Source: Bdellovibrionales bacterium (GTDB lineage: Bacteria; Bdellovibrionota; Bdellovibrionia; Bdellovibrionales; JAGQZY01). Taken from it: a stretch of 64,000 nucleotides of DNA. Numbering within the stretch: position 1 is the first letter of the stretch; the number at the start of each line of letters is the position of its first letter. The translations under genes and the position numbers were made by a program. Positions 26,737 to 35,489 of this stretch are shown piece by piece. The notes beneath the pieces are model-generated. The model ran no database searches. It saw nothing but the letters and a program-made list of their open reading frames with translations, and was not told the DNA's origin. The DNA is taken from the NCBI GenBank assembly GCA_043757265.1, contig JAYUQP010000040.1:142094-206093 (forward strand), written 5' to 3'.

Positions 26737-27360
26737 TCAGTCCAAGCGTCGTATAACACTCGCGAGCACACCTAAAATTTTGAATTCTGAAACGGGGGAC
26801 ACATGGATCACATTGTATTTGGGGTTCGCTGGGTGCAACTCCACTCCAGCCGGACGCTGATAATATCGCTTGATGGTAGCTTCGTTATCAACGATGGCGA
26901 CGACTGTTTCACCGTTTTCGGCGTTGGCTTGCCGCTTAATTACAACGTAGTCACCATCCATAATGCAGTCTTCGATCATCGAGTCGCCTTTTACGGTGAG
27001 AGCAAAATACTCAACACCCGTGCGTAGTAACGAGCGGGGTACGTCGACATACTCACGGTTTTCCACGGCTTCGATGGGATAGCCTGCAGCCACCTTACCC
27101 AGCATGGGGAGCCGCTGGACATCGGAGTCTTCGAAATCGCGCACAAGTTCGATGGCGCGTTTGCGATTGGCACCAATTGGCGCTTTGATGTAACCCTTAC
27201 CGCGCAACTGGGAAATAAAGTCCTGTACGGTGGATATAGCACTGTAATTGAACCGATCTTGGATTTCATGATAGGTGGGCGGGCGTTGGTTTTCGTTTAA
27301 ATAAAACTTTATGAAATCGTAAATCCGTTGTTCTTTCTCAGTAAGACTAGGCAGCGACAT
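26737..27360 (-). CDS. lexA: LexA repressor
   Basis: N-terminal wHTH (LTEKEQRIYDFIKFYLNENQRPPTYHEIQDRF), cleavage-site region and S24 peptidase motifs GDSMIE and the Lys block ATIKRY. ATG 27360 sits behind AGGAGG. Confidence 0.95.
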   Translation of the reverse strand: MSLPSLTEKEQRIYDFIKFYLNENQRPPTYHEIQDRFNYSAISTVQDFISQLRGKGYIKAPIGANRKRAIELVRDFEDSDVQRLPMLGKVAAGYPIEAVENREYVDVPRSLLRTGVEYFALTVKGDSMIEDCIMDGDYVVIKRQANAENGETVVAIVDNEATIKRYYQRPAGVELHPANPKYNVIHVSPVSEFKILGVLASVIRRLD

Positions 27361-27387
27361 CAAACCTCCTTGTTTTTCGAACCATGG

Positions 27388-27431
27388 CCGTACATTGTCC
27401 GTATAAAAGAAGATATACGGTAAACATACGG
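27388..27431. promoter_or_regulatory. Imperfect inverted repeat of CCGTA-N6-CCGTA units, 28-70 nt upstream of the lexA start
   Basis: ccgtacattgtccgtata - aaagaaga - tatacggtaaacatacgg. The CCGTA half-sites recur at 11-bp spacing within each arm. Confidence 0.35.
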
Positions 27432-27458
27432 TCAGTAAAGTCCAGATTTAAGTTTTGA

Positions 27459-27509
27459 GGTACGCCGTTCCTTTTTAGGTACGCCGTACGATTTAAGGTA
27501 CGCCGTACC
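27459..27509. repeat. Three 13-bp palindromic boxes at exact 19-bp spacing
   Basis: GGTACGCCGTTCC (27459), GGTACGCCGTACG (27478) and GGTACGCCGTACC (27497), separated by 6-bp A/T linkers. Confidence 0.85.
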
Positions 27510-27661
27510 TTTTAGTTGAGACCTGCGTCAATAATTGCAAGACAATGGTCATGGATGTCGGAGCGAGCTCAGCTTAAACGAGCGCGGGAGACGTTTTGAT
27601 TCTTAGCAATCTCCTTTTTGTTCATAAATGAAAATATCTATGACGCGCACCTTAACCAAAA

Positions 27662-27693
27662 GGTACGGCGTACCTTAAAGGGAACGGCGTACC
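27662..27693. repeat. Two boxes of the same family in opposite orientation, 19-bp spacing
   Basis: GGTACGGCGTACC (27662) and GGAACGGCGTACC (27681). They are the reverse complements of the boxes at 27497 and 27459. Confidence 0.85.
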
Positions 27694-27741
27694 TAAAAAC
27701 TTGAATTCACGTATACCGGTTGGACGGGGATACGTGAATTC
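27694..27741 (-). terminator. Terminator of the srkA-like gene
   Basis: 12-bp stem gaattcacgtat/atacgtgaattc (27703..27741), followed on the minus strand by aagttttt. Confidence 0.6.
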
Positions 27742-27761
27742 AGGTGTGAGTTTGCGGGCGG

Positions 27762-28721
27762 TTAGAGGGACCAGGAGATTTTTTCTAGGGCCTCGAGCTC
27801 CTCGGCCCAGTAGTTGTAGCTTTCGAACTGCGGAAACAACCGCGGGAACGAGGGATCATGCCATCTGTTGCCTATCCATGCCGCATAAGAAAAAATGCGT
27901 AACCCGCGCAAAGCGGGAATGAGATCCAGTTCACTTTTATCAAAGTGGCGAAACTCGGCGTACCCACCCAAAAAAAGATCCAGTTCTTTTTGCGTATCTG
28001 CAACGGTGCCTGGAAGCAGCATCCACAAATCTTGCACGGCGGGTCCGTTTATACAGTCGTCAAAATCGACGAAGAAAAAAGAGTCCCCGTTGTGCAAAAT
28101 ATTCCCACGATGACAATCGCCGTGAATCCTTAAAAATCGCGTGTTCGAAAGTTCTTCGTCCAGATAATCAAGAATATCTAAACAAGCCACCTCGTAACGG
28201 GACAAGAATTCAGGGGCGACCCATTTTTTTAAAACTGCCAAGCTCTGCCACCCCAAATGGTTATCAGAACCCATAGTGGGCCGGTGCCTAAAAGTTTTTC
28301 TAGCGCCGCAGTTGTGCAACTGGGCGAGCATGCTTCCAATTCGTTTCCAGTCAGAATCAAAAAACTCCTCGGGCATTCGCCCAGGGGTTTTTGGAAATAA
28401 CGAAAAGTAAATGGGTCCTGCAAGCTCGTCCACGGTGCGATTATTTTTAAGCTGCATGGGGGCTACAACATCAAGATCTTGTTCGCGAAGTTCGTTTAAA
28501 AAGCCATGCTCCTCACCCAGGGCCTCAAGGCTCCAGCGTCCCGGTCGGTAAAACTTTGCAATAACTTGCGACAAGGGCTGTTGGGCTGATGTTTCCAGGC
28601 GCAGGTTAAAGACTCTGTTTTCATACGAGTTCAGCTGGTAAAACTCGCCAGTGGTGAGAAAACGATTTTGCTCAACCGCATTTAAAACCGCATCGGGAGA
28701 CAACGAAAAAAAGCTATTCAT
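27762..28721 (-). CDS. srkA: Stress response kinase A (YihE/RdoA-type Ser/Thr kinase, APH fold)
   Basis: Trimmed to ATG 28721. MNSFFSLSPDAVLNAVEQ...LNSYENRVFNL aligns with the YihE N-terminus. Catalytic RIHGDCHRGNIL and FFFVDFDD. Confidence 0.85.
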   Translation of the reverse strand: MNSFFSLSPDAVLNAVEQNRFLTTGEFYQLNSYENRVFNLRLETSAQQPLSQVIAKFYRPGRWSLEALGEEHGFLNELREQDLDVVAPMQLKNNRTVDELAGPIYFSLFPKTPGRMPEEFFDSDWKRIGSMLAQLHNCGARKTFRHRPTMGSDNHLGWQSLAVLKKWVAPEFLSRYEVACLDILDYLDEELSNTRFLRIHGDCHRGNILHNGDSFFFVDFDDCINGPAVQDLWMLLPGTVADTQKELDLFLGGYAEFRHFDKSELDLIPALRGLRIFSYAAWIGNRWHDPSFPRLFPQFESYNYWAEELEALEKISWSL

Positions 28722-28777
28722 GGAGCAAGAACTAACAGAGTTCTCCTGCAGAGTCCTCAATTTGTTTGAACGGGGAG

Positions 28778-31120
28778 TTAGAAAAAATATCTTAGATTAA
28801 ACTGACCCAGCGAATAGCCTTCGCGGTATTCAGGATACATTGGAAACTGCGATGCAGTACCGAACATGATACTGGTTTTTAAACCTAGGCCCATGGTCCA
28901 TTGTTTTTTGAAAAAGTAAGAAATATCAAAAAGAGCTTCGTATTTCGTGAGTGAGCTTCCTGTGCCGTAAGCTCCAGTGAGCCCCAGTGTCCAACTTTGC
29001 ATAAGGGGAAGCTCGAAGAAAGCGCCGAGTTTTAGCATATTGTAGTCCGAAACAAAATAAACAGCGTTACTATTGGAATACATTTCGTAGCCAACAAAAG
29101 GCGATAGGTGAAATCCAACGAGATCAGGCCGTGCTTTGCTGTCATAAAAGCGATAGTGGTAGCGCGCTTCGGCAGAATAAAAGTCAGCAGCACCGGGCTC
29201 GTTACTTGAAAGATTTTTCTGCAAACTTAATTCGCCACCATGGTGACCGCTCCAGCCCAGCGCCGAAACTTGCAGTCCCGGAGTTGCAACGGGAAGGTCG
29301 TTTGAGGCAGAAAGAACAGGAGAATAAACGGTGTCGTAGTAATTGGTCGAGAAGGTGAGGCGAGAAAGAACAAAGTCGGCATTAAAACCAAGTTGGATGA
29401 TGGGAAACTGAGTTTTAACTTCTACTTCCGAGGTGGTTTCGGTGTTCGAAGCGGTGTTGCGAGAGTCATCTTCGCCTAAAATTGCGCTCCCTTTACTTTC
29501 TGCAAAGGAATCCGTCAGCTTTGACAAGCGAATGATAGCAGCTTTCACTATGACGGCGGCAAGCCCTGATGGTGAAACACTGTTTTGCGCGTCCACACTA
29601 CGCACTTCGGCGCGATAGGTGCCAGGAGTTCGAGGAGTCCATTTGAAATTCACACCGGAAACTGTTTTCTCGAGAATTGTTTTCTCTTCGATGTCAGTAA
29701 TTGCGATTTTGAACTTCTCAAGTTGATCTGGATTGCTCCACGTCATCAAAAGGTTTTCATCCGAATTTGTTGTGTATTCGCTGCGCACAAATTGTGGGGC
29801 CTTAAGGGGGACAAAATCCATCACTTCAAACGAAGTGATTTGCGACCATTCGCCGAGGTGTAGATTTTCGTCAACAGCGCGAAATCGATAAAAATAAGTA
29901 CCTGGTTTATGAAATTCGAGGTGGAGCTTATTTTCGTACGCCCAATGCGTAGAGGACTGGCGGTCAAAATTTGATTTGTGCGACGATTCTACTAAAAAGC
30001 CGTTAGCTTCGATGTTCGTTAAAAGTTCCACATCCACATCGGCCTTGCCATTTTTTAAGTAGATAGAATTTTTATTCACGCGAACTTTGACTTCGGAGCG
30101 GGGGAGGGTGACCGCGCGCACGACAAAATGACCAGTTGTGGACCAATCCTGTTTGTTTTGTGTCGCACGCCAGTAGTTGTCACCGAGATACACTTGCGCC
30201 AGGGTGCGATCTAAAGCGTCTGCGGCATACTCTCGGCTGTTAGACAAATCAGCGTTAGTTGAATAATCAATAAAAATCTCTTTGGTACTATCGAACGTTA
30301 ATATTTCAAGGGGAACAGCAAAGCGAACCAGAGTCTTGCCTGCTGGCTTTAGTTTGAGCTTTTTTCCATCTCGCTCGTACACATCGTACATTTTTACGCT
30401 GTAGTCGAAGGTCTTAGACTCAGCGTTGATTTGCACACTCACCGGTTGCGAAGTTTCTTCTTCAGTGTTTGATGGTTCACGCGGACTATCAACATCAACG
30501 ACTTTGAAGTTCGTTGGTTTTTCGTTGTTCATTGGAGCCATGATTTCAATTGTTGAAGGAGCCTCTTTTGTGGGAGAGTAAACCTTAGACTGGTATTGAA
30601 TTCTTGGCGCACCTTGAAGCGTTTCAACACTGATTGTTTTGTTTTTCGCAACTTTCAGGATGATTTCAGATTGGCCTTCGATATTGGCGATTTGTCCCTT
30701 AATGGCAATCTTTAAATCTTTCACAATGGAAACGCGATACTCCCCCTCCTCAAGATCCGCAATGTTCATGTTTTTCATTTTTTTAAATTCAACAAGACTG
30801 TTTTCTTTCAGTTCGATTTTGGATTCATTTTTTAAATTAATCATCGCAAACGACTTGTCGCCAGTATAAATCTTATCGCCCTCGCGCACGCGTTGATCAC
30901 GTTTTGCCGATTGCCACAGTGTTTGCGCGTAATTTTTAATACGAATGTCCGATTGAGTTTTCGAAAGATAACCGATTTCGCGTTCTAATTTTACAGATTT
31001 TGAATTTGAAAAATTATAAAATTGGAGAAGGTAAAGGCAGAAAGCAATGCCCACGAGACTGAGGTAAATCAGTTTCTTTTCTGTAGATTGTAATCCGCGA
31101 AATACGTAGAGTTCTCCCAC
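28778..31120 (-). CDS. Large envelope protein: N-terminal anchor/signal, FecR-like domain, Ig/Fn3-like middle, C-terminal beta-barrel-like region
   Basis: 780 aa (GTG start). REGDKIYTGDKSFAMINLKNESKIELKENSLVEF resembles a FecR domain. The C-terminal ~230 aa shows alternating-hydrophobic strands and ends ...GQFNLRYFF, an OMP-type terminal aromatic residue. Confidence 0.55.
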   Translation of the reverse strand: MGELYVFRGLQSTEKKLIYLSLVGIAFCLYLLQFYNFSNSKSVKLEREIGYLSKTQSDIRIKNYAQTLWQSAKRDQRVREGDKIYTGDKSFAMINLKNESKIELKENSLVEFKKMKNMNIADLEEGEYRVSIVKDLKIAIKGQIANIEGQSEIILKVAKNKTISVETLQGAPRIQYQSKVYSPTKEAPSTIEIMAPMNNEKPTNFKVVDVDSPREPSNTEEETSQPVSVQINAESKTFDYSVKMYDVYERDGKKLKLKPAGKTLVRFAVPLEILTFDSTKEIFIDYSTNADLSNSREYAADALDRTLAQVYLGDNYWRATQNKQDWSTTGHFVVRAVTLPRSEVKVRVNKNSIYLKNGKADVDVELLTNIEANGFLVESSHKSNFDRQSSTHWAYENKLHLEFHKPGTYFYRFRAVDENLHLGEWSQITSFEVMDFVPLKAPQFVRSEYTTNSDENLLMTWSNPDQLEKFKIAITDIEEKTILEKTVSGVNFKWTPRTPGTYRAEVRSVDAQNSVSPSGLAAVIVKAAIIRLSKLTDSFAESKGSAILGEDDSRNTASNTETTSEVEVKTQFPIIQLGFNADFVLSRLTFSTNYYDTVYSPVLSASNDLPVATPGLQVSALGWSGHHGGELSLQKNLSSNEPGAADFYSAEARYHYRFYDSKARPDLVGFHLSPFVGYEMYSNSNAVYFVSDYNMLKLGAFFELPLMQSWTLGLTGAYGTGSSLTKYEALFDISYFFKKQWTMGLGLKTSIMFGTASQFPMYPEYREGYSLGQFNLRYFF

Positions 31121-31228
31121 ATTTAAATGTTAACATTACTGCTGCGGAGCGTAAGTCTGGGGCGAGAGAAATAGACTTAGTTCAGTAGACGAGAGGCGTA
31201 TCAAAATTTTGTCGCTTTTCAAACTGAC

Positions 31229-32974
31229 TTAGCTGTCGCGGCTTACCGAGACAAACGTAATATCGTCTTCCAATTGTGTGATGGAGTCCGACTTAGCCCG
31301 TAGGTATTTGTAGAGCGAGTCACAGAACAAAACCTTACTTTCGTCCGACTGAAAAAAGGCATTGTAGACTCGGAGAATCTGTTTTTCGCTCATTTCCTGT
31401 TTTTCACGGAACATGGAAGCCTGAACACCATCGGTGTACATCAAAAAGTGATCGCCCGGTTGCAGTTCAAACGTCTGGATTTTCTTCTGCGCATTCTTAC
31501 GTTCCCCAAGACTGTGATTTGGAGGAAGCGACATGTACGATCCCACTTTTTTCTCAGCCGCGTAATGCACGGGAGGTTCGTGACCCAAGTTTACGATTTC
31601 GGCCTTTCCGGTTGGCAAGTGGATGCGACAAATTTGCGCGGTCATGAGCACTTCGCCCTTGGAGGTCGAGTAGACCACGTCGTCCCAAACATCAACAAGC
31701 TCCTCAAGAGTGCATTCTTTTTTACGCATGTACGAAAACACAGCGTTTGATGCAGAGGTCACAAGAGCTGCCGGTGTTCCGTGCCCAGTAGCATCGGCGA
31801 TGATCAAAAACAAGAAGTCGTTGTGCTGGTAATAATGCCACCAATCACCGCCGCATTCTGTGGAGGTCAAGTAGTGTCCTGAAACCAGGTAATTCCCAAT
31901 TTGCTTGTTCTTCTCTATGGGAAAAAGTTTGTCCTGAATAATACCGGCGTTTTTTAATTCCCGCTCCATGCGATCTTTTTCAAGTTTTTCAGCAAACAGT
32001 TTTTTGATCTCAGTTCCCATTTTGCTAAAGGCGCGAGATAAAATGCCCACCTCATCAGTGCTTTTGGAATCCATAGAAATATCAAAGTTACCCTTACCAA
32101 TTTCCTCTGCAACATCAGTAAGCTGATTGATCCGGTAGGTAAGACTGTTCGAAAGTAACAACGAAACGACAAAAGTTACAAGGGCGCTGATGATCAAGAA
32201 AACGATGGACTTGTTGTAAAGCTCGTTGAGTGCAAGCAAGGCATCTTTTTCATCCGTCATTGAGACGAAAGTAAGGCCTTCGTGGTTGGTCTTCACGAAA
32301 GAAGAAAGGTATGTGGAGCTTTCGATTTTTACTTTTGTTGTTGTGCTGGAGATACCCTCCGTTGTCGCAATGAAATTTTTAACGACTTGCGAGGCTTGGT
32401 CCGGTTTCACGTAATCCATGCCTGTAGTTTCGATAGCTGTGAGATTTTCAAAAAAGAAGGTCTGAGTGTTTGCCGACTCATTAACTTCTTGTTTCCACTT
32501 TATAAATAACAACAGCACCTTATTCACTTCATGCCTAAGGGGAATGGAAGCTATAAAATAATCGCTTTTATAATGAATCACATAAGTTTTTTTGAAATTG
32601 ATTTTGTTGTAGATTGCCTCAGAATCTAACGTGAGTTCGGGTGCTTTTGAAAAAATTGTAGCGACATTTTTTGTTGTATAATCAAAAGTAAAAATAGCCT
32701 CGATAAAATTTTGATTCTTAAGTAGGACCTCTTGATCGTTTTTTGCTTGGTTAATAACTTGATCTTTAAAAAGTAAACGGGCAAACCAAATGGAGCTATC
32801 AATGGCTTGGTTAAATTTTTGCACCTGGAGTTGCAATTTGTTTTGCTGTTCGTCAAAGATGTAACTTATTTTGTCGGACTCAAAAACCCGGGTTGCGGTG
32901 AAGATGTAAATCGAAACTAAGCATAGAGAAACAATGATCAAGCTTAACGTGATCTTCCATTTAATTGACATCAT
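31229..32974 (-). CDS. Membrane sensor with HAMP domain and PP2C/SpoIIE-type Ser/Thr phosphatase domain (RsbU-like)
   Basis: 581 aa. TM1, a ~230-aa periplasmic region, TM2, HAMP (LTDVAEEIGKGNFD), then the PP2C motifs GGDWWHYY and IADATGHGTPAALVTS. Confidence 0.85.
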   Translation of the reverse strand: MMSIKWKITLSLIIVSLCLVSIYIFTATRVFESDKISYIFDEQQNKLQLQVQKFNQAIDSSIWFARLLFKDQVINQAKNDQEVLLKNQNFIEAIFTFDYTTKNVATIFSKAPELTLDSEAIYNKINFKKTYVIHYKSDYFIASIPLRHEVNKVLLLFIKWKQEVNESANTQTFFFENLTAIETTGMDYVKPDQASQVVKNFIATTEGISSTTTKVKIESSTYLSSFVKTNHEGLTFVSMTDEKDALLALNELYNKSIVFLIISALVTFVVSLLLSNSLTYRINQLTDVAEEIGKGNFDISMDSKSTDEVGILSRAFSKMGTEIKKLFAEKLEKDRMERELKNAGIIQDKLFPIEKNKQIGNYLVSGHYLTSTECGGDWWHYYQHNDFLFLIIADATGHGTPAALVTSASNAVFSYMRKKECTLEELVDVWDDVVYSTSKGEVLMTAQICRIHLPTGKAEIVNLGHEPPVHYAAEKKVGSYMSLPPNHSLGERKNAQKKIQTFELQPGDHFLMYTDGVQASMFREKQEMSEKQILRVYNAFFQSDESKVLFCDSLYKYLRAKSDSITQLEDDITFVSVSRDS

Positions 32975-33062
32975 TCTATTGAACTACAGATCGCTTTTAA
33001 AGCAAGAGAATGGTCAAACCTTCCAGGCGTCAGGACAATGGTCGAGTTTAAATTTTTAAGAG

Positions 33063-33323
33063 TTAGCGGCTTTTATGCATGCTCATAACAGCGCTCACAT
33101 TCGAGCCAGTCATGAGTCGATTGGTGGGAGTGATGGTGGCCTTCATCGAAATGTTTGTGCCGACACTACGAACACTTCCAGGCGAAAGTTTAAATGCGCC
33201 ATCATCTTCGCCGCCTCCGATACCAGGAGTCATAGGGGGTGGGGCATTATCAACGAAGTCCTTAACGACCTTCGCACAGCCCGTTAGAAAGATAAATGCT
33301 ATCAAAGCTAGTAGAACACGCAT
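33063..33323 (-). CDS. Small lipoprotein (hypothetical)
   Basis: 86 aa, lipobox MRVLLALIAFIFLTGC. Confidence 0.55.
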   Translation of the reverse strand: MRVLLALIAFIFLTGCAKVVKDFVDNAPPPMTPGIGGGEDDGAFKLSPGSVRSVGTNISMKATITPTNRLMTGSNVSAVMSMHKSR

Positions 33324-33452
33324 GAATACTTATCGACAGGACTGGATATTTCTTAAGTCCGGGTACTGATTTTCTCATTATGAGACAAGGCCCGACGGAA
33401 TCCTGCAAAATAGGGTGTCTAGCCGTGGAAACAAAATGCCGATGAATCTTAA

Positions 33453-35462
33453 ATGAAAAGCTTACTTTGTTTTTATCTTTTATTTTTTGTGGCAGCTGCG
33501 GAGGCGAAAGTTGATTGGCAGTACAAGTCCTTTCCCTATCTGCCAAAAGATATACCGCAAAAACGAAACGAACCTGAAGTTTTAAAGGTTGGAAAAACAC
33601 CATTGCGTGCTTTGATGAGCCGGCAGAGCGGCACCCATGTTCGCTGGGGAGTAGAACAAGTCTATCTTTCAAAAGATCTTAAAAAGAAAGTCTTTGTTAA
33701 ATATCAAGTTGCGCTAAGCTCGGCTTCTCCCGTCGGCGGCTGGATGCGGCTAAAAAAAGGACAGGTTCTCCATCTGCGAAAAGGTAAAACAATTGTCGCC
33801 TACATGGCCCAGGGGTTTAACAATCGGGAACTTTACGAGCTGCAGATGCAGTTGCAGGACAAACAAAAAGTCTCGGCATGGAATCCGTTTATCAATTGTG
33901 CCAATGCAGAAGTTGTCACATCGCCTGCTGGCGATGTCTACTACGACGACACTCAAAACACCGCGAGTGCGGCTCCGCCCGCCGCGAGTTCATCCTGGCT
34001 CAGCCGCGCCGGAAGTATATCTCTTTGTGTGGGATCAGAAACTCTCGAAGGTGCTAAAGAGTCTGCAAGGCAACTCTGGGAAAACGCCTCTTTGGAAGGG
34101 GTGGTTTCAGGCGCTCAGGCCGCAGCTTCTGCTGCCTGGCAGGCTGTTCCTTCGCGCGATGAGATTCGCAGTGGATGGCGGTCCACGAAAGAATTTTTCA
34201 GCAGCACTTGGAACGATCCAGAGCAAGCGTGGAGTGATGTTGTGGACGGATTTGATAGATCAGTCGATGCCATTGCTAGAATTGCCGAACAAATAGCAAA
34301 AAGTGTCGAAGGTTTCTACGATCTCAGTCAGGAGATTCAAAATCGAATTATTTGCGATGGAGTTTCTTACTTTGCGGCGACAGGTGCACTCAGCGTAGCT
34401 ATGTCGATGACCGGAGCAGGTGCAGCCGTTGCAGTTGCACGGCTCGCCTCAACGGCTCTGCTATATGCCAACCGAATTAAACCTTTGATGCATATTATCC
34501 GCGTTTTAAATGTATCCGACTTAGAGTCCAGCGAAAAGATGGAGCAGGTCGAGGCGCTGCTCAAGGGGAATATGTCGCAACAAGAGCAACAGGCCATCAT
34601 CGATAGCAATGCCGAATATTTGCCAGCGGGAGCAGCAGCAGCATCGTCTTCGGTAGCCAGCCGACTCACGGGTATCAGAGCAATGGGCGAGGGAGAAAAA
34701 GCGGCCATGTTACGTGCTTCGAGTAGTCTGGATAATGCAGGTCGCGCAAGAGCTGCTCAGACAGCTCTTGGCCGTCCTCTGACCGCAGGTCAGACAGACG
34801 CATTATCTCGTGCTCACGGCGTTGCGCCGGAAAGAGGTTTTGGAAGCTACACACAGGCAGATCTTTTAGAAAAAACGCGCATACTCAGAGAGGCGGGATT
34901 TTCAAATGAAGAGGCCGAGCTTTTACTGCGACAAGGACTGGCTGGCCAATATGTTTCGGGTTCTGTGACTTTTCAGGGGCAAATGGGGCAAAGTTCTTTG
35001 AGTTCCACATCACAAAGCGCATTTGCAACGGCAAATCCAAACTACACTCTGATGAAACTCACTTCACCTACAGAGTTCACTCAAGCACGAACCTTTTTCA
35101 ACAACCGAGCGCAGGACGCTTTAAGAAATCACCGAACCTCCTATGCGCGCTCAGATTTTTTATCAGCAGGAAATCATGAAGGATATATCGAAACATTTAT
35201 AACTCCGCGTTCGGATGGCGGTTATCGCATGGTGGACACTGCAGAGGCACGCGCTGCTATTGCACAGTTGCAAAGAGAGATAAATTCTGTGTCGATCAGC
35301 GATGCCGGAAGAGTGAACATTCCGACAGACAATTTAAGCAACTCGCAGTTTATCCAAGGCGAAGCCTTGTACTCTCAAGAGTATGTTCGTCACCATCATG
35401 GTGTTCGCGAGCGTGCTATCAGGGAACTGCAAGAGTGGCTTAGCACCGCAGAATCTCAATAA
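33453..35462 (+). CDS. Large secreted protein of unknown function (Ala-rich)
   Basis: 669 aa. Signal peptide MKSLLCFYLLFFVAAAEA and a central hydrophobic G/A-rich segment YFAATGALSVAMSMTGAGAAVAVARLAS. I recognised no family. Confidence 0.6.
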   Translation: MKSLLCFYLLFFVAAAEAKVDWQYKSFPYLPKDIPQKRNEPEVLKVGKTPLRALMSRQSGTHVRWGVEQVYLSKDLKKKVFVKYQVALSSASPVGGWMRLKKGQVLHLRKGKTIVAYMAQGFNNRELYELQMQLQDKQKVSAWNPFINCANAEVVTSPAGDVYYDDTQNTASAAPPAASSSWLSRAGSISLCVGSETLEGAKESARQLWENASLEGVVSGAQAAASAAWQAVPSRDEIRSGWRSTKEFFSSTWNDPEQAWSDVVDGFDRSVDAIARIAEQIAKSVEGFYDLSQEIQNRIICDGVSYFAATGALSVAMSMTGAGAAVAVARLASTALLYANRIKPLMHIIRVLNVSDLESSEKMEQVEALLKGNMSQQEQQAIIDSNAEYLPAGAAAASSSVASRLTGIRAMGEGEKAAMLRASSSLDNAGRARAAQTALGRPLTAGQTDALSRAHGVAPERGFGSYTQADLLEKTRILREAGFSNEEAELLLRQGLAGQYVSGSVTFQGQMGQSSLSSTSQSAFATANPNYTLMKLTSPTEFTQARTFFNNRAQDALRNHRTSYARSDFLSAGNHEGYIETFITPRSDGGYRMVDTAEARAAIAQLQREINSVSISDAGRVNIPTDNLSNSQFIQGEALYSQEYVRHHHGVRERAIRELQEWLSTAESQ

Positions 35463-35489
35463 CGTAATTTTTTTTTATTTGTTTAAACG

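Noticed and set aside
27459-27693. CRISPR array or plasmid-type iteron origin
   Set aside because: The boxes are 13 bp with only 6-bp A/T linkers, so there are no unique spacers. No cas genes, rep gene or DnaA-box cluster is nearby.
33425-33440. TGGAAACAAAATGCC upstream of the 669-aa protein gene as a sigma-54 promoter
   Set aside because: The GG/GC spacing is one base short and the -24 region is poor.
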